Source of the DNA: Octopus vulgaris | Lineage: Eukaryota | Assembly: GCA_951406725.2 (NCBI GenBank) | Contig: OX597824.1 | Span: 70,928,001-70,992,000, forward strand | Reading direction: 5' to 3' | Length of the DNA stretch: 64,000 nt | Shown here: positions 13,377-29,116 of the stretch, piece by piece | How positions within the stretch are numbered: the stretch's first letter is position 1 | Layout: every line of letters starts with the position of its first letter | Notes under the pieces: model-generated | Databases searched by the model: none | What the model saw: the letters and a program-made list of their open reading frames with translations, nothing else | Told to the model about the DNA's origin: nothing | Made by a program: the position numbers and the translations under genes

Positions 13377-13969
13377 CAGAAGTGATCAATAGAATAAATA
13401 CTAGGCTTACAAAGAATAAGTCTTGGGGTCGATTTCTTTGACTAGAAAAACCTTTTTAAGGCAATGCTCCAGCATGGGCACAATCAAATGACTGAAACAA
13501 GTAAAAGAATAAAAGAATATACACAGATACACACTCACACACATATAAATATACATGTGAACACACAATCACACAATCACACACACACACACACACACAC
13601 ATACACACACACACACACACACACATACACACACACACATACACACACATGTATGTATTTAACAAATGTAAACAGCGTTAATATCATCAATTAAAAGAGA
13701 CAAGATACAATGCCTCATTGATCTGTTTACATAGGTTGCTAAACAACAACAATAATAATAACAACAAACACAAAGTCACTCATGAATCAACAAGATCTTA
13801 ATAATATCCATGGCCACCAACATTTCTTTAGGAAGTGGATGAAGGTCTTTCATTCTTTTCAACCTTCTTTTTTTATCTTTTTGTTTGTCCATAACTATTT
13901 TTATCTTCTTTACCAAGAAAAGTTTTTTTCACATTTGGACAGCTCCAGACCACTAATTAGTAGATAATA

Positions 13970-14520
13970 TGGTAGTGGTGGTGGTGGTGGTGATGGTGGT
14001 GATGGTGGTTGGCATCATCGTTGTCGTCGTGGAGGCAGTAGCTGTGGTGATAGCAAGTCATGGCTATGGTGGTGTGGCCACAGTAGTTGTGGTAGTGATG
14101 ATGATGGTGGTGATAGTGGTGGTGGTTGTGACAGCAGCGGTGGTGACAGTGGCTGTGGTAATGGTGGTGGTGGTGGTGGTGGTGGTTGTAACAGGATTTG
14201 TGGTGGCAGTGGCTGTCGTAATGGTCATGGTGTTGGTGGTCATAGTTGTGGTTGTTGTTGTGGTGATAGTGATGATGGGGTGGTAGCAGCGGTGCTGGTG
14301 GTGTTGGTGGTGGGGTTGTGGTAGTGATTGTGGTGGTGGTTTTGGTGGTGGGGTTGTGGTAGTGATTGTAGTGGTGATGGTGGTGTTTGGTGGTGTTGGT
14401 TGTCGTGGTCATGATGGTGGTGGTGGTCGTCATCGTCGTGGTAGTGGTCGTTGTGGTTGTCGTCGTGGTCGTGGTCGTCGTCGTGCTGCTACTGTTGTTG
14501 TTATTGCAGGTGGTGAAGGA
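13970..14520. repeat. Degenerate (GGT/GAT/CGT)n low-complexity tract, representative of abundant microsatellites
   Basis: Visible trinucleotide periodicity. Similar tracts at 8950-9360, 24640-25020, 43730-43930 and 46670-46990. (TA)n, (CA)n, (TATG)n, (GATA)n and (AAT)n runs occur throughout. Confidence 0.95.
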
Positions 14521-16502
14521 GGTATAGTCTTTTCACTGAATTAATCTTCCACCTCCATTCTCACTCTTCCCTGGTACATTACTGGTATTGGAATTTATCT
14601 TAAGGACAGTGGAGATGGGAAAATATTGTAGGTTTTTAACCCCAGGTTTATATAGGACCATCCTCTATGAGTAACTAAATCAAACTATAAAACCAATATA
14701 AGATTGAACATATTTTGCAACAGAGATCATGGTCTGGTGCTCTATCAGTTCTGTTATATCCCAATGTGGTCAGTCAATTATTCTTCCAAATTCAATCAGT
14801 GACCGTGTAAGGCAGCGAGCTGGCAGAAATGTTAATCCTCAGCGGAAAGTCAACCTTGGTGGAATTTGAACTCAGAACGTAAAGACAGACGAAATACCTA
14901 TTTCTTTACTACCCACAAGGGGCTAAACACAGAGAGGACAAACGGATTAAGTCGATTATATCAACCCCAGTGCATAACTGATACTTATTTAATCGACCCC
15001 GAAAGGATAAAAGGCAAAGTCGACCTTGCCGGAATTTGAATTCAGAATGTAACAGCAGATGAAATACCACCAAGCATTTCACCCTGTAAAATGCTTAGCG
15101 ATATTTTGTCTGTCTTTACGTTCTGCGTTCAAATTCTGCTGAGGTCGACATTGCCTTTCATCCTTTCAGGGTCAATAAATTAAGTACCATTTACATACTG
15201 GGGTCGATCTAATTGACTGGCTAGCTCTGCAAAAATTTCGAGCCTTGTGCCTAGAGTAGAAAAGAATATTTAAGGTGGCGAGCTGGCAGAAACATTAGCA
15301 CACCAGGCAAAATGCTTTGCAGTATTTCATCTGTCTTTACATTCTGAGTTCAAATTCCGCCAAGGTCGACTTTGCCTTTCATCCTTTTGGGGGTCGATAA
15401 CTCAAGTACTAGATACATATTGGGGTCGATCTAATCGACTGGCCACCTCCCCAAAAATTTCAAGCCTTGTGCCTAGAGTAGAAAAGAATATCTGTGACTG
15501 TGTTCATATGTTAGAAATCAATATAATAGAAGTACAGAATGAATTAAGCAGAGCAGGAGAATATACATGGATGGAAAGGGTCGCTGAAGAGGTCACAGAT
15601 GTGTGACAAAAGATGTCCAGACAATGGACATAAGTTGAAATAAGAACAGTAATAAACGAGTGAAGAATGAATATATAGTGCATGTGTCATTCAGAGTAAT
15701 TTCAGAGTCAATGAAATAAGTACCAGTCAAGCACTGAGATCTCCAACAATTTCAGGCTTTGTGCCTATTGTAGAAAGCATTATTTGTGAAGGTGCATGGT
15801 TAGGTGGTTTGTGCATTCAGTTTACAATCATAAGGTCATGAGTTCACTACCTGGTAGCAAACTGTTTCCATCAGCAAGACAATTTATTTCGCATTGCTCC
15901 AGTCCACTAACCTAGCAAAAATGAGTAGTCCCTGTATTTCAAAGGGCCAGCCTTATCATATTCTGTGTCATGCTGAATCTCCCTGAGAACTACATTAAGG
16001 GTACACATGTTTGTGGAGTGCTCAGCCACTTGCATGTTAATTACATGAGCAGGCTGTTCCATTGATCAGATCAACTGGAGCTCTTGTTGTCATAATCAAC
16101 AGAGTACCAGTAGCAGAAAGAATTATTTATAGCTTTATCTGTTGGCCTAGTGGTTGGGGTACTGCACTCACATTCATAAGAGTGTGGTTCAATTCCCAGA
16201 TCAGGTGGTGTATTGTATTCATCAGCAAAACGCTAAAGCTTTTCATTTCATGTTACTCCAGTCCAGTCCACTTGGCTGTAAATGAGATTCAGTAATGGCT
16301 GGGAAATTAACTCTGCATTGGACTGGCCTCCCATTCATGGAATAGTGTTGTAATCTCACTCACTTATACACTATGGTAATTGGATTAAACTCCAGCATTT
16401 AGAATCCTAGGGCACATGACAAATCTAAGTCAAAGCATTTACTTCAATTTCCACTTTTAATAAAAATAATAATTATAATAATAATAATAATAATAATAAT
16501 AA

Positions 16503-16914
16503 GCCAACAGGCCAGATATAGTTGTCAGAGATCATGAAGAAAAAAAATGCTTTCTAATTGATGTATCAATACCGGCAGATGACAACGTGTCTCTTAAAGA
16601 AATGGAGAAACTCTCAATATACAAAGACCTGGAAATAGAGGTAACCAGAATGTGGAATCTAAAAACAGAAACAATTCCTATCATAGTAGGTGCATTAGGC
16701 ATGATAAAAAAATATTCAGACAAATACATAACAAAAACACCAGGACTTACAAACACATAATACAGAAAATTGCACTACTAGGCACTGCACACATCCTACG
16801 CAGAACACTTTCCATACAATAACCATCAGAGCATCACAACAAATAAGCACATACCCATAATAGAGCTGCGCTCGGTAGTGAAGTGAAAGCACGCTATAAA
16901 AATAAAACTACTGA
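16503..16914 (+). mobile_element. 5'-truncated RLE-type non-LTR retrotransposon 3' end (Dong/R4-like) inserted in (TAA)n
   Basis: Translates NRPDIVVRDHEEKKCFLIDVSIPADDNVSLKEMEKLSIYKDLEIEVTRMWNLKTETIPIIVGALGMIKK../IQKIALLGTAHILRRTLSIQ*, a PD..D..K..KY restriction-like endonuclease. (AAT)n flanks both sides. Confidence 0.88.
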
Positions 16915-17267
16915 ATAATAATAATAATAATAAGTGCACTCAGAGAGTGCAATCCTCCACCAAGGCAACACCAATGTCCTCTCAGCAATTAGCCAGAGAT
17001 GATTTTTAAAATGAGAATATCTTATAATACTTCCCATAAAGTAAAGTAAATATAACAAATAATCCAGAATCTTTGTCCAGTACCAGATTGATCCCAAAAT
17101 CTAATCTGTTCATACCAGTCACGAGGCCAAACATCTTTGGAAGTTTCATTTGAATCCATCAAGCAGTTCTTGAGATATCTTGTCCACGGACAGATAAACA
17201 AACAAACAAATGGGACTAAAAACAATACCTCTGCCTTTGCTAAGGCAAAGGTAATAATAATAATAAC

Positions 17268-17314
<47 letters not shown>

Positions 17315-17318
17315 GTTT

Positions 17319-17862
17319 ATGCCCTGATGCAGTACCAAGTAGTGGCTCTCATGGCTTCTGATCTTAACTGATTAGAAGTGTTATCATGTACATTGTTTTG
17401 TCTTGGTTTAAAAGATGGGCTACAGCAAATATTCTGCTCAATACCACAGATTTGCTTGTCAGTTGTTTGACCTTAACCAGTTAGTGGCTGACGATATGTG
17501 CATCTCTGATCATGAGCAGAAGCAGTGGGGGAGCATCATAGCCATGTGTTGAGAGGGATTCTTTGGGGTTTGAATAATTCACCTCTGGAAACATTGATGT
17601 TTTGTTCAATATCCTTAAACAACCCTTATTCAGGGACCTTTTGAGCAGGATGAGTTACTCGACCAGAAGAAAATTCTAACTGGGCCCCACATGCAAGGTC
17701 ATGCACTGTTTATCTTGATATGAGATCACCATGTCGCGCACATATGGTTGTGACGCATGTACCTGGTGTACCTTTATCAGATGGGTAGTCATGATGGGTA
17801 TACTGGGCTTCGTATATTTTACCCCAGTGTCACTTTGATGGCATGCACTGCTCTCTCACTCA
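17319..17862 (+). mobile_element. ~545-bp non-coding interspersed element in (TAA)n, copy 1
   Basis: Highly similar end-to-end to 35927-36483; both are bounded by (AAT)n. Confidence 0.85.
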
Positions 17863-18683
17863 ATAATAATAATAATAATAATAATTCTGTCTTTTATTTG
17901 CCACAAGGACCAAACACAAAACAAATATGGATGATACAATACAAAGGGCAAGTGGGGTGCTGAACAATACAGTGTATTCAATAAGTAGCAAAGACAATTA
18001 ACAAAATAATTAAACAATAAAAATTCCCCCAAAAGTGGGGAATTCCTCACAAGGACAACCGAGGAACCCTACACATTCTGGTTATTGCATCGCCAGATGA
18101 TCCCCCAGCAGGCACATCTCTCCTTCTCACCTCCTCTGGTTTGCAAGTGAAAGTTCAGAGTAGGCCCATTCATACATACAAGCCATCCTCACCGCATTCA
18201 CACACCTTCCAAATAAAGCAACAACAACAACAATAACAACCCAAAATCACATTTAGTTGTTGAATATTGGCCTCTTTTCTTCCATTCCACCACCTTCTTT
18301 CTTAACATTTCAAAGTAGTTTTGAAAAATTCTCAGAAAAAAAAAAAAGACAGACAAACAGGCAGACAGGCAGACAGGACAGACAAACAGAGATAGTGTAA
18401 GTGATGGGGAGGGGTAGACATTCAGAGGGTAACAGAAAGAAACTACAACAACAACAACAACAGGAACAACATACTCTTCATAAAACTATAAATACCAGTC
18501 AAACTAGATAGACTAAGCAACACCTATTTTTCCTTTCTTTTCTAATATTTTTGTTGTTATATAATATATTTCTTGTTCTTTCTGTTTTTTTTTTACTTTT
18601 ATTTTTCTACGTCTTTGCCTTCATTCCATTCATTCATTTATTCAAACTTTCTTCATTGCTTTCCTTCTTTCTTGTTTTCTCTT

Positions 18684-18714
<31 letters not shown>

Positions 18715-18870
18715 TTCTATTCATTTCCTTTTGATTTTCCTTTTTTTTTTATTTGCACCCTTCTCTTTAGTTCTCATTTCTAACATTCTTTACTTTCTTT
18801 TCCTCCTTTTCTTTCTTCCTAGCTTTCTGATTTTCTCTTATCTTTCTGTCTATCTATCTATCTATCTAAA

Positions 18871-19128
<258 letters not shown>

Positions 19129-19289
19129 AATATCTATCTGTCTATCTATCTATCTTTTCCTCCTTTTCTCTCTTCCAAGCTTTCTGGTTCTCTCTTATGT
19201 GTGTGTGTATGTATGTATGTATGTATGTATGTATGTATGTATGCATGGATGGATGGATGTATGTATGTATGTATGTATCCATATCTATC

Positions 19290-19320
<31 letters not shown>

Positions 19321-19442
19321 CTATCTACCTATCTTTTCCTCCTTTTCTTTCTTCCAAGATTTCTGGTTCTCTCTTATGTATGTATGTATGTATGTATGTA
19401 TGTATGTATGTATGTATGTATGTATGTATGTATGTATGTATG

Positions 19443-19476
<34 letters not shown>

Positions 19477-19875
19477 CTTATCTGTCTATTTATCTACTTA
19501 TCTGTCTACTTATCAACCGAGCCATTTATATCACCTACCTGTCTCCATCCACTTATATCTATCTACTTGTTTCACTATGAACACACTACATATATACAAA
19601 CAGGCAAAGTATATAGATATACATACACACACCAACACACATATGGATAATATATATATATGCACAAAAGTATATATGCATATACAAATATATGTGTGTT
19701 TGTGTGTGTGTATGTAAACACATACATATACATATGTATCATGAACTATAAAACTGCTAATTTATGGGAATATAAACAAACCAACAACCGTTGCCAAGTG
19801 GTGGTTGGGGTGGGGACAAACACAAGTACACATATATATACACGTGCATATGCATAATATACATATATATATGTA

Positions 19876-20731
19876 CAAGAAGGTACCAAAAAAAACCGGA
19901 ATCTTGCAATATTATTTTATTCATTTAGTTTTACATGTTAACTCTTTTATTGCCTTCAAAGTATTCTCCATTTGAAGCAATGCATTGGTCTAAGTGCATT
20001 TACCATTATTCGAAGCAGTACTGGAACTTTTGTGAAGTGATGCCTTTACATGCCTTCATCATTTTTTTCTTCACCGCTTCCACATCTGCAAATTGCAAGC
20101 ACCAGCTTCCTTCACCAGTGATGACCTTCAAAGAAACGGTTCAGATGTTCTTTCAGTTCTCAACAAGCATTCAGCCATGACTGCTTTTGATCTTCCGTGA
20201 GCAAGCAAGGCCCAAATTTTGCAGCAAATCTTTATATTTGCATTTCTTCACTCAAAATTCATTGGCAGAAGCTCCAGGTACACCAGTCATATCAACAAGT
20301 TCATCAACTGTTCAGTGACAGTCCTCATGAATTTTCATGATATTTTCATTCGTTCAGAAGGTCAATGATTGTCCTGAATGAGGTTTTTTCTTCAAGCAAC
20401 AATGACCTTTCCTAAAGCATGAAAACAACTCATAAACTAGTGTTTTATTGATGGCAGCATCCTTGTAAGCTGTTTGAAGTATGACAACTGATTTGGCCAC
20501 CATTTTCCCCAACAGAAAACAGAATTTCATGCAAGCACACTGTTTCTTTGTTTCAGCCATCACAAAAACCAATGAACAGGAGAGAAGCACTGCAAAACAA
20601 AGATGCACCATGTGGCTGTATGACAGACTGATGCCTAAGGGTCATACCAAGTGGCTTCTTGCAACAGAAGCCTAACCTACAAAGGGTTTGTCCCACAGAC
20701 AACATTTCCAGTTACTTTGGATACCTTCTCA
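19876..20731 (-). mobile_element. Internally deleted, decayed mariner element
   Basis: TA-flanked TIRs CAAGAAGGTACCAAAA..CCGGAA / TTCCAGTTACTTTGGATACCTTCTCA. HTH remnant QCACMKFCFLLGK..VILQTAYKDAAINKTLVYELFSCFRKG. Confidence 0.82.
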
Positions 20732-20735
20732 TATA

Positions 20736-20766
<31 letters not shown>

Positions 20767-20801
20767 ATGTATGTATGCATGTATGTATGCATGCATGCAT
20801 G

Positions 20802-20906
<105 letters not shown>

Positions 20907-21076
20907 GATAAAAGAGTGAAGACCCCCTTCAGTCATGAATGACCATGGGATTGCACCTAGAAAGTTCCCCTCCATGGCACAAGTTTGAGCAAGGTTGTTT
21001 ATGGAAGAACAGCAGTCACCCATGCATACCAGCCTCCCTCATCTCCACGCCACCAATGTTATCCAAGGGATAGGAA

Positions 21077-22240
21077 CTTATTTTATTTTTCAAAATTAAG
21101 ATAAACAAAGTTCTTTTTTAATCTAAAATATACTTTCCTTTATTTACAACAATGCTCTTCTATCTATCTGGTAGATTTGCAAGGCCCCTGTTCCAAAATT
21201 CACTTGTCTGTGACAAAAAATACTCTTCCAATACTGTTCTGACTTCATCTACAGAATTCCATTCAAATGATTTTTCTGTCCAAATGATTTTGAAGCCTGC
21301 GGAATAAATGATAATCAGATGGGGCAATGTCCATTGAATATGGTGGTTGGGACATCGTTTTCCATTCAAACTGCTCCAGCCTTTGGAATGTCATCCTCAC
21401 TGAATGTGGCTGAAATTATCCTGATGGAAGAACACTTTTCATCTTGAAACCAAAGACGGTCGTTTTTCTTCTAGCACTGACTTAAGCCACTCAAGTTGCT
21501 CACAGTAGATCTTCTTTGTTGCATTTTGGTTTAGGTCTAAAAGTTCAAAGTGGGTTAAACCTGTCATATCCCACCAAAAAGATAACAACACCTTACATGG
21601 ATGAAAACCTTCTTTAGCTTGGAGTGCTGGTGTTTCTTCTTTCAGTACGCAGTCTTCAGTGTTTGACATTTCTATAGAGAACCCATTTCTCATTATTAGT
21701 CACTGTTCCATCCAAAAAAGGTTCATTAGTGAGACATGACAGCAAAGAAGAGCACATATTCACTCTCTACTATGATTAGACTCAGAAAGTTTGTGAGGAA
21801 CCCATTGATCCAATTTGCTGTCTATTCTGATGGCACGCAGGTGTTGATGAAAGGTTGTTGCTAGTTCCTCAACAGTTACTATGGGATTTTGTTCCACCAG
21901 GGTTTGCAGGACGTCCTCATTGAGCTCTACAGATCTTCCAGGATGAAACTCTTCTCCTAGGCTGTAATTTCCAGCTTGGAATTTCTGGAACCACCGTTGA
22001 CACTGGCTTACGTTTATTGTCCAACCCCCATATACTGCATTAATAATATTTGCACTTTCCATTGCGCTTTTGTCTTTATTGAACTTATAAAGCAAAATAT
22101 GCCAAATATGCTCTTTTGTCACTTCTATTATAGCTTTGAAAAAGTAACTATTAAAATCAAACTGCACTCTTGAAAACTTGCTCTAAGAATAAGTACAAGG
22201 TAAAATTACAATCTGCTTTTATAACAAGTTGATGCAGGTA
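21077..22240 (-). mobile_element. Near full-length mariner (DD34D, Mos1/SETMAR-like) transposase pseudogene
   Basis: EHIWHILLYKF..QCQRWFQKFQAGNYSL..GRS, WVPHKLS, KVLLSFWWDMTGLTHFELL, QPPYSMDIAPSDYHLF; interrupted by frameshifts and stops. Boundaries approximate. Confidence 0.9.
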
Positions 22241-22428
22241 GTATATATGACTGGCTTCTTTCAGTTTCTGTCTACTAAATCCACTCACAAGGTTTTGGTC
22301 AGCCCGAGGCTATAGTAGAAGACACTTGCCCAAGGTGCCACACAGTGGGACTGAACCCGGAACTATGTGGCTGGGAAGCAAGCTGCTTACCACACAGCAA
22401 CTCCTGCGCTCTCTCTCTCTCTCTCTTG

Positions 22429-22473
<45 letters not shown>

Positions 22474-23704
22474 TATACAACAGGTTTCTTAGAGTTTTCA
22501 TCTATGAAATCTGTTTGCAAGGCTTTGGTCAGCCCAAGGCTATAACAGAAGATATTTGCCCAAGGTCTCCACACTGTGAAACTGAACTGAGAACCACTTG
22601 GTTGGGATGCAAACTTCTTATTGCACAGCTACACTGCCACCGCCACTGCTGCCACTGCCACCCACAATGCCAACGCTGACAAAGGTGATGATGTGTATGA
22701 ACAAGTAAATGTGTGAGTGTATATGTATGTATGTATGTATGAATACATGAGTAAGTATCTATCTGTTTATTTGTTGACTATAAATCTATCTCTTTTTAGC
22801 AATGGTCCTGGCTTTTTTTGTTTTTTTTCACCTGACTTTCTTACTTTGCTTCTTCTCTCATTTTCTCTTTTTCTCCTTTCACAGCTCTCTTTCTAATCTG
22901 TCTTTTAGTATATTTTGCTAGGTCTGTTCTCTCTTTCTTTCTTTATTCATGTTGTACTTCTTGCTTTCTTTTTTTTTTTTTTTTCTTCTTCTTTTCTTCT
23001 CTTGTCTTCTCTGTTTATTTAAGTTCCCTATTACCATTGAAAACTAACACCCAATGCTGAGTGGAAATACAAGCCTGGCAACAGAAGTGAGGAACTATAA
23101 CAATAAGAAGAATTGCATCATAGAGAGAAGGTGATGGCGGTGGCAGTGAATGGAGTGAGGTCCTGCAAGGTGAGGGTGAGACGAGAGTGAGATGAGGTGA
23201 GGGTGAGATGAGGTGAGGGTGAGATGAGGTGAGGTGGGTGCTGTTGTTGTTGGTTGTTTTTGTTTAAGTTATTCAAATTACAAGTCACTTTACAAGTGGT
23301 GCATTGTCTACTATGGGAGAGAGAGAGAGAGAGAGAGCGGGTTGAGAGGGTGGAAGAGGGGTGTAGCAGGGTAGTAATGACAAGCAGACACACACATACA
23401 CACACATATATGCTTACATGTATGTGTGTGTATATGAGTGTGTGTGTCTGTGTGTGTGTGTGTGTGTAGACGTGTGTGTGTGCATGGCTCAGTGGTTCAA
23501 GCGTCAGGCTCACAATCACAAGGCAGTGAGTTCAATTCCCAGAACAAGCTGTGTGCTGTGTTCTTGAGCAAGACACTATATTTCAGTTGCTCCAGTTCAC
23601 TCAGCTGTAGAAATAAGCTGTGACCGCAAGTCTTCCATAAGTAACTTTGGCCAAACTTGTGCCCCAGAGGGGAACTTTCTAGATGCAATCTCATGGTCAT
23701 TCAT

Positions 23705-23735
<31 letters not shown>

Positions 23736-24052
23736 TATGTATTTTTATAAATGCATGTGCGTGTGTGTGTGTGTGTGAGTAACAAGTGAGAGAGAGAGAT
23801 TTAAATAATATATATATATTTGTATTTGTATATATGTAAGAGTGAGTGTGTGTGTGTGTGCATGCATGCATGCATGTGTGTGTGTGTGTGTGTGTGTCGT
23901 CTGTCTGTATCTGATTGTGTATTTGTCCAACACATGCCAGCATGTGTCATGTACATTGAATGATGATGATGATGATGATATATATATATATATCTATATA
24001 TGTATTTGTATGTATGTATCTATGCATGTATGTATATATTATATGCATGCAA

Positions 24053-24097
<45 letters not shown>

Positions 24098-24189
24098 CAT
24101 ACATACATACATACATACATACATACATACATGCATACATACATGCATGCATGCATACATACATACAAACATACATACATACATACATA

Positions 24190-24243
<54 letters not shown>

Positions 24244-24320
24244 TGCATGTATGTGTGTTGTGTGTGTATATATATATATATATGTATATGTATGTATGTA
24301 TATATCATATGCATGCAAAT

Positions 24321-24446
<126 letters not shown>

Positions 24447-24931
24447 GTATGTGTATATATTTTTATAATGCTTCATATCTCCCTTTCTCTCTCTGGCTAT
24501 ATCTCTAACCATTATCATCATTATCATTTTCTGTGTGTGTGTGTGTATGTACAAAAGAGATAGAAAGTGAGAGATGGAGGTGACTGAAATTCAATAAATC
24601 ATTTTTTACTGCATCTTTTTTGTTGTTGATGTTACAGTAGGTGGCAGTGGTGATGCTGATGTTGGTGTTGGTGTTGCTGTTGGGGTTGGTAGTGTTTGTA
24701 GTGCTTGATGGTAGTAGTTGGTTTAGAAGTGTTAGTGGTAATACCTTTAATGATAGTGTCAGTTGTAGTAGTTGTAGTACTAGTAGCAGCAGTGATGTTT
24801 GTGGTAATAATGATGATGGTAGTAGCAGTGGTATGGTGGCAATGGTTAATACTGTTGTTGTAGTGGTGTTACAGGTCATGGTGATAGTAGTAGTGGTGGT
24901 GGTGGTGGTGGTAGTGGTGGTGGCAAAGGTG

Positions 24932-24962
<31 letters not shown>

Positions 24963-25252
24963 CAGTAGCAGTAGCAGTAGTAGTAGTAGTAGCAGCAGCA
25001 GCAGCAGCAGCAGCAGCCATTCAAGAATTTGGACCTGGAGATCTCCATTTCCAGCGACTTCTAGGGTCACCTCCCAGTGGTGTCGGGCGTCAACAAAGAA
25101 CCCTCAACTACAAGATGACCAAAGTTTTTTTTTTCCAAGGTCTGAGGTCTCCCGCCCCTAAGCCCTAGACCATCACCTAATCACCCTTACCCATCTTGTT
25201 GCTTAACAACAACAGCAGCAGCAGTAGCAGCAGCAGTAGCAGTAGTAGTAGC

Positions 25253-25303
<51 letters not shown>

Positions 25304-26568
25304 TACTAACACAATGACAGAGGAAAAAAATTAAGACACTGAGAAAGCCTCTATCTGATCATTCATTATGGCAGATAATATTTTCTTCAAATCATTCCCA
25401 TACAAATTTTTTTTAATAAAGACAGTAAACATTGAAGAATGCCCTAGTCCTGATTTAAGAAAAATATGGCATGGTTATGGCTGGATCCAAGCTGACCTGG
25501 GGCTAAATGACAATAACAATAGTACTGGTACTTATCGGATATCACTGGATATCACGTGATTGGCCAGGCTATCAAATGTTGTTACACTTCACTGGTTACT
25601 ATGTGTTTTTACATTGTTTTAGCCTCCGAGTTATCCTGTTGGATAAGTGAGCAGGCCAATGATAGAAGGGGGGACTGGAAGAACATGAAATGAAGTGTTT
25701 TGCATAAGAACACAATGCGCTGCCCAGCCAGTGAGTTGAACTCACAACCTAGCAATTGTGAGTGCAACAGCCTAACCATTGGGCCACGTGCCTTCACACT
25801 TGGTGGATATACAACAGCAAATACAATAACAACAGTAGCAATTGTAGCTGACACAAAAAAAACAACAATGGCAGTGTTGACAATAGCCAGAACTACAACA
25901 ACAACAACAACAACAACAACAACAGCAACAACAACAGCAACAGTAACAGCAGCAGCAACAGCAACAGCAGCAGTAACCATAAGCAACAACTACAGCAACA
26001 ACAACAAATTAACCACAAGCAACAACACCAGTTTTTGTTACTCCAAGTCATTATTGTAAACCAGACCATGAGGTCATTAAAACTGGTTTATTAAATTCAC
26101 TTCTGAATATTTTACACACTGAATTATCCCACTTTGCTACAGGATATGTTATTGTTGTTGTTGCTGCTGTGTTCTTGTTTTATACTTCCAAGGTCAGACA
26201 TGACCAAACTTTTGGGTTGACCAATACTTTATGAGAGGAATTCTATGAAAGAAAAACAAATACAGAAGGCCTTCGTGTGTATTTGTGTGTGTATATGTGT
26301 GTATGTATGTGTGTGAGTGTGTGTATATGTGTATGTATATGTGTAAACATGTACAAACACATACATACCTATATATACGTACATATACATATATACACAC
26401 ATACATACATGTATTGCTGAGTGGATGGTGTTAGGAAGGGCATCCAGCTATAAAAATCCTGCCAAAGCAGTCACAGAGGTCCAGTGCAAGCTTCGGCCTA
26501 GACATTAAGATGATATATATACATATACATACATATATATATATATATATATACAAACATATATATAT

Positions 26569-26611
<43 letters not shown>

Positions 26612-26628
26612 CATACATATACATACAT

Positions 26629-26674
<46 letters not shown>

Positions 26675-27337
26675 AAGATCTAGGATGAGGTGGTGAAGCA
26701 CAACCTTCAAGCGTTTGACTTCACAGAGGCGATGAGAAGTGACCTATATGCTGTGCTTGAAAAGATCCAGCAAGCCAAGTGAGACCATAACCGTGGCCTA
26801 TGCCAGTGCAACATAACCGGCCCATTTAAGAGTACCCTTCAATCACTGGGCAATATATTGCCCTTGCAAAGACCTGTTCAGTCAAGTGAAGTCACTGTTG
26901 TGGCCAATGACAGTACTGCCTGATGTGCAGCCATACCGGTGGCACATAAAAAACATCATTTGAGTGAGCTCATTGCCAGTGACGCCTCACTGGCTCCTGT
27001 GCCAGTGGCACATAAAAAGCACCATTCGAGCATAGTCGATGCCTGTGCTGACAGACTGGTTCCTAAGCCAGTGGCACACAAAAAGCTCCAGTCAAGCTTG
27101 GTCAATGCCAGTACCACATGATTGGCCCTCATACCGGTGGCACATAGAAAGCACACACTACACTCTCAGAATGGTTGGCATTAGGGAGGGTGTCCAACTC
27201 TAGAAACTTTGCTAGATCAGATTGGAGCCTAGTGCAGCCTTCTGGCTTGCCAGCACTCAGTCAAACCTTCCGACCCATGCCAGCATGGAAAGTGAACGTT
27301 AAATGATAATGATGATGATATGTATACACACACACAT

Positions 27338-28093
27338 CAGAGGTGACTCCAGGTCATCAGTATCACTCAGGCTCATCACAGATTTCGCATAAGGCACATG
27401 CCTGCTCAAAGAATTTCATGTTTTTCTACAATATTTCTAGCCCAAAATGGCTTTTTTTTAATATTTAGCACTGTCTTTCTACATTTCTAAGTTAAGGGTG
27501 AAAATAAAGTAACCCTACAAAACACAACTGAATAACAGCACTCAAATAATGATAATATAGTGCACAACAAACATTGGAGATCTGACTGTCACCTGTACTC
27601 TTGACAAGAGATGCCAGTTAGTCTTTTACACCTACCGGACACGTTTGCATTAGCCTGAGTTGCTGGATTATCTTTCGTTCCTTTGAGAATACTGTAGAAT
27701 GGAAACTTTTCATAGATTGGAATTTAAATCCTAATCTCTATAGAAATTTATTGTGCCAAGAAAACATTGAATTTGAATTACTTTTAAATTTTATGCTTAT
27801 AGATAACAACTCGAGCTGTAACTTCTGAGCCTAAGTCAGGCGCGTGTGAATGATGTCGAGAGAACATCTGCTACAAATGATATTTTTTGACACAAGGCAC
27901 CTCTAAGATGATGCGAGATGCTGATCGAAAATAAATGCAACCAGGTTCAGTAAAAGGAGCCCAAGTAATTGGCTGAGATTAAACACTTGAAATCAATGTT
28001 GGCAGAAATTAAATCAGCTTGCAAATACATGTCCACTTACTAAATTTATACTTAGGCTAAGCCCGAACAGCCCGAGTGCTGGAATCGCCACTG
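27338..28093. mobile_element. Possible non-autonomous DNA transposon with short TIRs
   Basis: CAGAGGTGACTCCAG ... CTGGAATCGCCACTG (12/15 inverted match); no clear TSD. Confidence 0.45.
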
Positions 28094-28411
28094 ATGTACA
28101 CACATATATAGTGTTGAATTTCAGGATTTTCTTTTTTTTTTTTGCAAACCTTAACACATGCACTATATATTCATTCTTCACTTGTTTATTACTGTTCTTA
28201 TTTCAACTTATGACTACTGTCTGCAAATCTTTTGTCACACATCTGTGACCTTTTCAGTGACACTTTCTGTCTTTGTGTGTGCTCCTGTTCCACTTAGCCC
28301 ATTCTGCTCTTCTATGATGTGTATCCTTATATGTGCATGCTTTTGCATCTGTGTTTTGTGTGTGTGTGTATGTATCTCTCTATGTATATGATAAATACAT
28401 ACATACATACA

Positions 28412-28453
<42 letters not shown>

Positions 28454-28966
28454 CATATATGTATATATAGAGAGATACATATATATAAATATATATTAGA
28501 AGAAATGAGGTACTCAGAAATCCGGATGATTTTATATTTACAGATATTTATTAGTATGTTACATGTTTTTATAAATCATACATCATATATTAGCGCTTTC
28601 GTCCACTCTAGTGGAATCTTCAAATTGAACTAACATACATATAAATACATACATATATACAATTTAAAAATAGGATAAAATCTTTATAAGAATTTATCAA
28701 GTAGTTAGCATGAAAAACCTCAGAAGAGAATAAGCCCATCAATTTTTCTCTTAAATATATTTATTTATATTGAGGGCATTACTATACATAAATGCCACAT
28801 GCTAGGAGGGACTCTTAAAGTCAACACTACCAAAATAAATAAACACATAGTACACATATGTCATACATACATATATATATATATATACACACATACATAT
28901 ATATATACATACATATATACATATATACATACAGATATACATACATGTATTCATACATGTTTACAT

Positions 28967-29008
<42 letters not shown>

Positions 29009-29037
29009 ATGTGTGTGTGTGTGCATGTGTGTGTATG

Positions 29038-29116
<79 letters not shown>

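Noticed and set aside
15580-15622. CTGAAGA-G-GTCACA-GATG-TGTGAC-AAAA-GATGTC hammerhead-like string
   Set aside because: GAAA is AAAA and stems I and III are poor; possibly a decayed copy but not supportable.
28588-28628. Minus-strand TTGAAGA-TTCCAC-TAGA-GTGGAC-GAAA-GCGC-TA hammerhead-like string; similar partial strings at ~5093-5130 and ~53818-53847
   Set aside because: Core substitutions or deletions and at most 2-3 bp of stem I; treated as remnants only.
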